Below are positions 8,425 to 14,950 of a stretch of DNA of 17,382 bases, in pieces. The number at the start of each line of letters is the position of its first letter. Positions within the stretch are counted from its first letter, which is position 1. The DNA is from Candidatus Heimdallarchaeota archaeon. GTDB taxonomy: Archaea; Asgardarchaeota; Heimdallarchaeia; Heimdallarchaeales; Heimdallarchaeaceae. The notes under the pieces were generated by a model. It saw nothing but the letters and a program-made list of their open reading frames with translations, searched no databases and was not told the origin of the DNA. Made by a program: the position numbers and the translations under genes. The DNA lies in NCBI GenBank assembly GCA_016840095.1, contig JAEOSZ010000068.1:1-17382 (forward strand), given 5' to 3'.

Positions 8425-9756
8425 CTACATAATGCATTTTGTTAAGTTTAAACTATAAGGGCATTCTGAACAGAAGGGTTCATTCCCCCAGCAATCAGAA
8501 GTGTCTTCTATTGCATAAAAACAGTTATTGCTTGACAAACCACAATCTCCACAATAAGGGATTGATTTATTCATCTTATCCATTTTGCTTCTAAATTTTT
8601 GATATTTGTCACTATGCCAAATATGTTGAAAAGAATCTTGAAGTATATTTCCAAAACTGTATGATGAATTAATTCTTTCATGATCATTCAGATATGATTT
8701 ATGATCCCATAAATATTTGAAACAAGGAACAACACTTCCATCAGATCGAATAACTGCTGCATTTGCATGATGGTAAGGGCACTGTCTTTCTAGAAAATCA
8801 GGAAGAATAGTTGGAAGTATTAACTCGATATTTGTTTCTTTAGCAACTTGTTCGTATTTGTTGAAAGATTTTTCCATATCATAAAGGTCCTTGATTCTTT
8901 CCATGTCTCTTACGTAAAGAGAAATATTGAGTGATACATCTTTCTCTTTTGCTTTAGCTTGAGCTTCATCAAATATTTCAGAATAAGGTCTTTCCTTTGG
9001 TTTAATGTGCTCTTTTCTACTATAGAACTGTTTGTAGGTCTCTTGCATTTTCTCAGCAAATTTTTCCTTTGAAACACCTAGTACAATCTCTTTCCAATTA
9101 GATCTGTTTTCTTCTAAAATTATTAAAGCTTCTTTGGTTATCATTGTATAGAGAACTTCTTCTTGAAGATTCTCGAAAAAAGGATAAATGTGACTTACTG
9201 AGATGAAATCTATTCCCATTAAACCAAATTTCCTAATTATATTCTCAATCTCATCAACATTAGATTTCATTAATACAGTCTGAATCCCAATTCGGATATT
9301 TTTCTCGAAATTTTTTTCAATCAAGTACTCTAGATTTCCCCTCACATTTCTTTTATCTAGAGTGTGTAATTCAGGTTGAATTTCATCATCTAGTAACATA
9401 TCACAGGATAAAACAATCTCATCAGCTAATTGATTATCAACAATTAGATCAATTTTGTCTTTATCTAATAAAGATCCATTAGTTGTAAAAGTAATTGAAC
9501 TTCCAGAAGGTAAGTGTTTTCTTGAAATTTGTAACATTTCCATGAAATCAGGATGCATTAATGGTTCTCCAAAACCATAAAGGACAAGTTTTTCTATATG
9601 TGGAAAAACATCCTCAGCAATTTGTTGAAGGCTTTCCAAGGAGAGAAAATAATTCTCAGAATTTCCATAAGCATTAAGACACATTGAACAAGAAAAATTA
9701 CATTTGTTTGTTGGTTCAATCTGCAAGAGCTTTGGGTATTCTGGCAATACTATCAT
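8425..9756 (-). CDS. Radical SAM/SPASM protein, probable tungsten-oxidoreductase (metalloenzyme) maturase
   Basis: CNFSCSMC motif, YGFGEPLMHP, TTNGSLL, Cys-rich C-terminus (CGDC...C...DCWGNEPFCSECPY...C); divergent from aor. Confidence 0.85.
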   Translation of the reverse strand: MIVLPEYPKLLQIEPTNKCNFSCSMCLNAYGNSENYFLSLESLQQIAEDVFPHIEKLVLYGFGEPLMHPDFMEMLQISRKHLPSGSSITFTTNGSLLDKDKIDLIVDNQLADEIVLSCDMLLDDEIQPELHTLDKRNVRGNLEYLIEKNFEKNIRIGIQTVLMKSNVDEIENIIRKFGLMGIDFISVSHIYPFFENLQEEVLYTMITKEALIILEENRSNWKEIVLGVSKEKFAEKMQETYKQFYSRKEHIKPKERPYSEIFDEAQAKAKEKDVSLNISLYVRDMERIKDLYDMEKSFNKYEQVAKETNIELILPTILPDFLERQCPYHHANAAVIRSDGSVVPCFKYLWDHKSYLNDHERINSSYSFGNILQDSFQHIWHSDKYQKFRSKMDKMNKSIPYCGDCGLSSNNCFYAIEDTSDCWGNEPFCSECPYSLNLTKCIM

Positions 9757-9816
9757 GCTGTCCTTTCATTTTAGTTTAAAAAGTATAACGTTAAGTTAAA
9801 TATTCATATTTGGCAG

Positions 9817-9832
9817 ATAGATTTATATCTAT
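9817..9832. promoter_or_regulatory. Palindrome overlapping the probable aor TATA box (candidate operator)
   Basis: ATAGAT-TTAT-ATCTAT inverted repeat containing TTTATA, in the divergent rSAM/aor intergenic region. Confidence 0.4.
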
Positions 9833-9877
9833 AGAAAGGTAATTTTTGGTAATAAAACACATTCTAGGTGTATTAAA

Positions 9878-11710
9878 ATGGAATTTGGCTACATGAATAA
9901 ATGGCTTAAGGTTAATCTAACTTTAAATGAATTCAAAGATTTTTCTATTTCTGAAGATATACTTCGCAAGTTCATTGGAGGTAAAGGCATCGCAGTTCAT
10001 CTTCTATGGAAATATATAACCAAACTTGAAGAGAAAGGAATCAATGTCAAAGATTTTAATGCATTGTCTTCCGAAAATATGTTAATTTTTGCTACTGGAC
10101 CTGTTACTGGAACCAGATCACCAAATAGTGGTCGTCATCATGTTATGGCTTTAAAATCTCCCTTAACTGGATCAATAGGCTCTGGAAACACAGGTGGTAG
10201 ATGGGGAGCTAAACTCAAATTTGCAGGATATGACGGTATTGTTGTTATTGGAAAAGCTGAGAAACCTGTATACATCTCAATTATTGATGGTGTTGTAGGT
10301 ATTAATAATGCATCCGAGCTGTGGGGGAAGAATTCAATTGAAACTTCTGAAGCATTAAGAAAGAAACATGATAAGAAGAGAGCTGGAGTTTCTTGTATTG
10401 GTCAAGCTGGCGAAAATCTAGTCCCAATGGCAGTAATTATGAATGAAGAACACAGAGCTGCTGGAAGAACAGGGCTTGGAGCTGTCATGGGATCTAAAAA
10501 ACTCAAAGCTTTAATTGTTGAAGGTAGTGGTAAACCAACAATTTCTCAGCAAGATTCATTTGATGTCAAAGTGAAAGAGCATGTTGAGAAACTTAAAGAA
10601 AATGGTGTTACTGGAACAGGATTGCCTACTTATGGAACAGCTGTATTAGTCAACATTATCAACCAAAATGGTATGTTGCCAACCTATAATTGGAAGACTG
10701 GAGTAAATCCTGGAGCAGAGAAAATCTCAGGTGAAACACTAACAGATGAATACTTAATTAGCAAACATCCTTGTTGGGGTTGTGTAGTTGCATGTGGAAG
10801 AAAATCCAAAGTAGACACAGGTAATTACAAGATAACCTATACAGAAGGTCCTGAATACGAAGCTATTTGGGCATTAGGTGGTTCAACTACAATCAATGAT
10901 ATGGGAGCTGTAATTAGAGCAAATCACTATTGTGATATTTTCGGTATGGATCCTATAAGTGTTGGTTCAACAATTGCTGCAGCAATGGAATTAAATGAAA
11001 AAGGTTTGATTCCAGAAGAAGATTTGCAGGGAATTGATCTCAAATTTGGAAATGCAGATGCTGTTGTAGAATTAACTTGGATGGCTGCTTTTAGACAAGG
11101 ACTTGGTTATTGGATAGGTGAAGGTTCTAGAAAGATGTGTAAACATTATGGAGCACCTGATCTATCGATGGAAGTGAAAGGTCTAGAAATGCCCGCTTAT
11201 GATCCTCGTGGAGCAAAGGGTATTGGACTTAACTATGCAACTGGAAACAGAGGGGGTTGTCATGTTACTGGTTATACAATTGCTGCCGAAATATTAGGAG
11301 ATGTTGACAGATTTACAACTGAAGGTAAAGCAGAGTTAACAAAGATTTTCCAAGACTTCACAAGTTTAGTAAATTCATCAGTGAATTGTTTATTCCTTAC
11401 TTTTGCTCTAGGTTTAGATGAATATGCAGAGATGATAGGTCCAATCACTGGTTGGGAAGTAGATGCAGATGAGCTTTTAACCATAGGCGAAAGAATTACA
11501 AATCTTGAAAGAATGATCATTAACAAGATGGGAATAACAGGAAAAGATGACACTTTACCCAAGAGACTTCTCGAAGAAAAGATGCCTGAAGGACCATCTG
11601 CAGGACAAGTAGTTGACTTAGAATCTATGAAAAAAGAATACTACGAATTAAGAGGATGGGTAGACGGCATTCCTACTGAAGAAAAAATCGTTGAACTTGG
11701 GTTAAGATAG
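9878..11710 (+). CDS. aor: Tungsten-containing aldehyde:ferredoxin oxidoreductase
   Basis: KSPLTG, AAGRTGLGAVMGSKKLKA, CWGCVVAC plus distal NCLF ([4Fe-4S] ligands), EGPEYE, CDIFGMDPIS, YDPRG...NRGGCH; 610 aa; GGTG RBS at 9867-9870. Confidence 0.95.
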   Translation: MEFGYMNKWLKVNLTLNEFKDFSISEDILRKFIGGKGIAVHLLWKYITKLEEKGINVKDFNALSSENMLIFATGPVTGTRSPNSGRHHVMALKSPLTGSIGSGNTGGRWGAKLKFAGYDGIVVIGKAEKPVYISIIDGVVGINNASELWGKNSIETSEALRKKHDKKRAGVSCIGQAGENLVPMAVIMNEEHRAAGRTGLGAVMGSKKLKALIVEGSGKPTISQQDSFDVKVKEHVEKLKENGVTGTGLPTYGTAVLVNIINQNGMLPTYNWKTGVNPGAEKISGETLTDEYLISKHPCWGCVVACGRKSKVDTGNYKITYTEGPEYEAIWALGGSTTINDMGAVIRANHYCDIFGMDPISVGSTIAAAMELNEKGLIPEEDLQGIDLKFGNADAVVELTWMAAFRQGLGYWIGEGSRKMCKHYGAPDLSMEVKGLEMPAYDPRGAKGIGLNYATGNRGGCHVTGYTIAAEILGDVDRFTTEGKAELTKIFQDFTSLVNSSVNCLFLTFALGLDEYAEMIGPITGWEVDADELLTIGERITNLERMIINKMGITGKDDTLPKRLLEEKMPEGPSAGQVVDLESMKKEYYELRGWVDGIPTEEKIVELGLR

Positions 11711-11740
11711 ATAAATCTTTATCCTCCTTTTTTTATTTTC
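11710..11740 (+). terminator. Possible T-rich terminator or attenuator between aor and moaD
   Basis: GATAAA-TC-TTTATC palindrome followed by a CT-rich stretch and a T run. Confidence 0.35.
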
Positions 11741-11757
11741 TAGTAGTTGGGAATTCC

Positions 11758-12000
11758 ATGAAGATCTATGTTAAAGTATTTGCATCTCTAAGGAATAAAT
11801 ATCCAGAAATCAACGACCTTAATCCCTTAGAAATGACTATCAGTGAAGGTACAACGATTGCACAAATTATCGCTGAGCTAAATTTTGAACAAGAAGAAGT
11901 TAAGATTATTCTTATTAATGGACTTAAGGCTTCCTTAGATGAAGCAATTAAGGAAGAAGGTTGTATTATCTCATTATTTCCAGCTGTGGGTGGAGGATAG
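11758..12000 (+). CDS. moaD: MoaD/ThiS ubiquitin-like sulfur carrier
   Basis: 80 aa; VKVFASLR, ILING and C-terminal FPAVGGG diglycine; directly downstream of aor. Confidence 0.88.
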   Translation: MKIYVKVFASLRNKYPEINDLNPLEMTISEGTTIAQIIAELNFEQEEVKIILINGLKASLDEAIKEEGCIISLFPAVGGG

Positions 12001-12006
12001 ATATTT

Positions 12007-12525
12007 ATGAACAGAATTGTAGTTATAGGAAATGCTGCTTCCGGAAAATCAACTCTTTCAATGAAACTGCAAGAAATAACCTCTATTCCTGTTTATCATC
12101 TAGATAAAATTCTTTGGAAAGCTGATTGGGAACGTACTCCTGAAGATGAATTTACATCTGAGCATGATAAAATTCTAGAGAATTCTAGCTGGATAATTGA
12201 TGGTGTAGCATACAAATCTACTTATGAAAAACGGTTTGAAGCTTCAGATACTATTATCTTTCTAGATACGCCTTTGGAAATTTGCAAAGAGAGAGCTCTG
12301 CAACGTATGCATGATGATTTAGTTAGACCAAATCCTTATGTCACTGAAGGCTGTAGATATCCTTTGGAATTTGTTAAAGAACAAAATGAAGTAATTGATA
12401 TGTTTCATACTGAGTATAGAACAATGATTATAGAAACAATTGCAAAATTTAAAGATTCAAAAGCAACTTACCATTTGAAGACTGATAAAGATGTTCAACT
12501 GCTTCTAAAAACAATTCAGATGTAG
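12007..12525 (+). CDS. Adenylate-kinase-like P-loop protein (FlaR/'topology modulation protein' family)
   Basis: RIVVIGNAASGKST Walker A, HLDKILW, WIIDG, IIFLDTP. Confidence 0.8.
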   Translation: MNRIVVIGNAASGKSTLSMKLQEITSIPVYHLDKILWKADWERTPEDEFTSEHDKILENSSWIIDGVAYKSTYEKRFEASDTIIFLDTPLEICKERALQRMHDDLVRPNPYVTEGCRYPLEFVKEQNEVIDMFHTEYRTMIIETIAKFKDSKATYHLKTDKDVQLLLKTIQM

Positions 12526-12622
12526 CTTTGCAGTTTTAAGAAAAGTTGCAAAACTGTTGCATAAATGTACCCACGTACTTCTTATTATTTCTCAGTTTCT
12601 TAATGATTCTTAGTTGATAAGT

Positions 12623-12904
12623 ATGGGGAAACGTTATTGTTTCTATTGCCGAGTTTGTGATTTGAAACTCACTTTATTTGAGGATGTGTGCCGAAATTCA
12701 AAGAATAAGATCTGCAATTATTATTGTTCTAACTGTGAGAAAACAACATATCAGAGCAAGTGTACAGAATGCAATCAAGAGACAAACTCAATGTTAGTTA
12801 TCCCACAAAGCATTACAACAAAAACAGATGAAACTAATACGATTGAATGTCCAAAATGTGAAAGTATGAAAACAGTTATTGCATTTCTGGGAGAATGGGA
12901 TTGA
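12623..12904 (+). CDS. Small Cys-rich double zinc-ribbon hypothetical protein
   Basis: Four CxxC pairs (CRVC, CSNC, CTEC, CPKC), 11 Cys in 93 aa, ending GEWD. ATG 12623 preferred to TTG 12614. Confidence 0.7.
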   Translation: MGKRYCFYCRVCDLKLTLFEDVCRNSKNKICNYYCSNCEKTTYQSKCTECNQETNSMLVIPQSITTKTDETNTIECPKCESMKTVIAFLGEWD

Positions 12905-12912
12905 ACATACTG

Positions 12913-13479
12913 CTATTGTTTATCCATTTCAAGTTGATTTACTAACCAAGCAAAAGCTTCTACTACACCTTTTCCAGTCAATGCACTACAGTCAAAAACT
13001 GCAAATGTTCGATCTCTCATATCTAAATGAAGATTCAATAACTGTATAAGCATAGGTGCTTGCACTGCCATTGGTAGATCTTGCTTATTAGCTATAATTA
13101 AAGCCGGAACTTTCTCTAATACTGGATTATTGATTAGATGAATTCTTAGAATATCTCTTGCTTCTGGTAAGCGTTCAATATCGGCTGCATCAATTACAAA
13201 AATAACAGCACTACACCCAGGATAATGTATTTCCCATAAAAATCTGAATTGTTCTTGGCCTGCTACATCAATTGTTGTTATGTCCCATCCTTCAAAATTG
13301 ATTGTATCAATGTTTTGGCCGATTGTTGGTGTTATTCCATCTAAGAAAATCCCTGTATTAACATATTTAGTTAAAGTTGTCTTTCCTGCTGCATCAAGTC
13401 CTAAAACGAGTATTTTTGCCTTCTTTTCAGCTCTTAATTTTCTCATCAACCATTTCGAAAAGTTGGACATAAAGCTCAT
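12913..13479 (-). CDS. Arf-family small GTPase (eukaryotic signature protein)
   Basis: G1 GLDAAGKT, G2 PTIG, G3 DVAGQ followed by RFLW, G4 NKQD, G5 CSAL, C-terminal AFAWL, N-terminal amphipathic helix. Start placed at ATG 13479, which has GGAG just upstream. Confidence 0.93.
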   Translation of the reverse strand: MSFMSNFSKWLMRKLRAEKKAKILVLGLDAAGKTTLTKYVNTGIFLDGITPTIGQNIDTINFEGWDITTIDVAGQEQFRFLWEIHYPGCSAVIFVIDAADIERLPEARDILRIHLINNPVLEKVPALIIANKQDLPMAVQAPMLIQLLNLHLDMRDRTFAVFDCSALTGKGVVEAFAWLVNQLEMDKQ

Positions 13480-13639
13480 TTGTTGTCTCCAGTTAAGCAA
13501 TTCTGTTTCTCGGATTTATTAAAATTCCGTAAGTAAATTAGTATTATATCTTTGCATTCTTAAAATTAATGATGGTTCTGTCAGCACAAATCAACTGTTC
13601 TTGGATAAAATTAATAACAGTTGCTCCTCTTTTTGCTTC

Positions 13640-14482
13640 ATGAAATACGAACAAGTGACTGATTCAATAGCTCTTCTGAAAATGAATCAAGGGTCAAATG
13701 TTGCTTGTGTAGCTTTGGAAGATGAACTCATCTTCATAGATACTGGTTTGAATACAATTGTTGCTAAGGAATTCAGAAAAACGATGGAGAAGAAGTACAA
13801 TAAAAAAGCTTCAACCTTGATTTTAACTCATGGACATATCGATCATTTCTTAGGATTAGGAGCTTTCTCAGATTGTAAGGTAGTTGCTGCAAGTTTTGGA
13901 AAACCTAGATTTGAGCGTTTTGTAGCACAGGAAGTTCCAGAAAGTTTTCTTGATGGAATGAGCTCTGTTTTTCCCTCCATAAAAGTTGAATATGCTATTT
14001 CTGAGCTTTCAATGCCTAATATGTGGGTGAAGGAAAGAAAAACTTGTGGCAAAAAACAAGAATTAACCTTTCAAGTAATAGGAGGTCACTCTGAGTGTTC
14101 TTCTTCTATATTTTACTCTCCCGACAGAGTCTTATTTGTTGGAGATTTAATTCAAGCAGATGTCTATCCTTACTTCGGAGAACCTGATACTGACATGAAT
14201 AAGTGGATAAATGCTCTCAAGGATTGGGAAGAGCAAGATATTCAATTCATTTTACCAGGTCACGGAGGTGTTCTCACAAGGAACTATGTTTCAAAGGTTA
14301 GGATTTACCTTGAAAACTTAATCAAAACTCTTTCAGAATTCAAATCAGAAGGAATATCTGAAGAAGAACTTGTCAAACTAGATGTTTTTGATGAGGGGTA
14401 TTGGCCTAAGAAAGCTACAAGAAAACCTGCTTTTAATTTCAGTTTGGTCAACTTGTATAGAAGTCTAAATAATAGTGGTTGA
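13640..14482 (+). CDS. Metallo-beta-lactamase-fold hydrolase
   Basis: IFIDTG, THGHIDH, GGHS, LFVGD, PGHG. Start ATG 13640 follows TATA-like ATTAATAA at 13610-13617. Confidence 0.9.
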   Translation: MKYEQVTDSIALLKMNQGSNVACVALEDELIFIDTGLNTIVAKEFRKTMEKKYNKKASTLILTHGHIDHFLGLGAFSDCKVVAASFGKPRFERFVAQEVPESFLDGMSSVFPSIKVEYAISELSMPNMWVKERKTCGKKQELTFQVIGGHSECSSSIFYSPDRVLFVGDLIQADVYPYFGEPDTDMNKWINALKDWEEQDIQFILPGHGGVLTRNYVSKVRIYLENLIKTLSEFKSEGISEEELVKLDVFDEGYWPKKATRKPAFNFSLVNLYRSLNNSG

Positions 14483-14550
14483 TAGAGTTAATCCATAAAG
14501 AATTTAAACTCAATCCATCACTCACGAACAAACATCAAAGAAGTGATTAA

Positions 14551-14919
14551 TTGGTATTAACTATACTTAGTGGTATTTATGCAATTATTATAGGAATTGG
14601 AATTATTGGATTATGGATAATGTTGCTTGTTACTAAGCAAGTTCCAGAAATAAAAACAGAACCTACTGCAATAGCTTTTCATATAACTGCAGAAACAACA
14701 ATGGGTTTACTCTCTCTACTTAGCGGAATTTTACTTCTAGTTAATCTTCCATGGGCAATTTATACATTCATATTAGCTATGGGATTAGTAATTTATGCTG
14801 TTATAAATTCAGCAGGCTATTATGGACAAAAGCAGGAATGGTCATTCGTTGTTATGTTTGGGATAATTTTATGTATTTCAACAGTATTAGTAATTCTAAA
14901 TATAGTTTCGATTTTCTGA
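14551..14919 (+). CDS. Small four-TM membrane protein of unknown function
   Basis: Four hydrophobic segments; polar motifs FHITAE and NSAGYY; TTG start after SD-like AAGTGATT. Confidence 0.75.
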   Translation: MVLTILSGIYAIIIGIGIIGLWIMLLVTKQVPEIKTEPTAIAFHITAETTMGLLSLLSGILLLVNLPWAIYTFILAMGLVIYAVINSAGYYGQKQEWSFVVMFGIILCISTVLVILNIVSIF

Positions 14920-14950
14920 AAATGTTGAATAAAGAAAAAAATGAAAAAGA

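Noticed and set aside
9775-9800. ModE or SurR binding site in the aor promoter
   Set aside because: Only a TATAACG half-site resembles ModE, and there is no GTT-N3-AAC SurR motif.
11758-12000. Eukaryote-like ubiquitin system
   Set aside because: Sequence and position beside aor fit a MoaD sulfur carrier; no E1/E2/E3 or JAB genes are in the window.
12526-12562. TTGCA repeats and imperfect inverted repeats after the kinase gene
   Set aside because: Too short and irregular to call a CRISPR repeat, ncRNA or operator; at most a weak terminator.
12623-12904. Zn protein as an ArfGAP or multiheme cytochrome
   Set aside because: CxxC spacing is not CxxC-x16-CxxC-x4-R, there is no arginine finger, and there is no CxxCH.
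3494-14482. Unified glyoxalase/aldehyde-detoxification island (DJ-1, VOC, MBL, AOR)
   Set aside because: The theme is attractive, but the DJ-1 protein is extracellular, the VOC protein lacks metal ligands, the MBL substrate is unknown and the genes are not co-transcribed.
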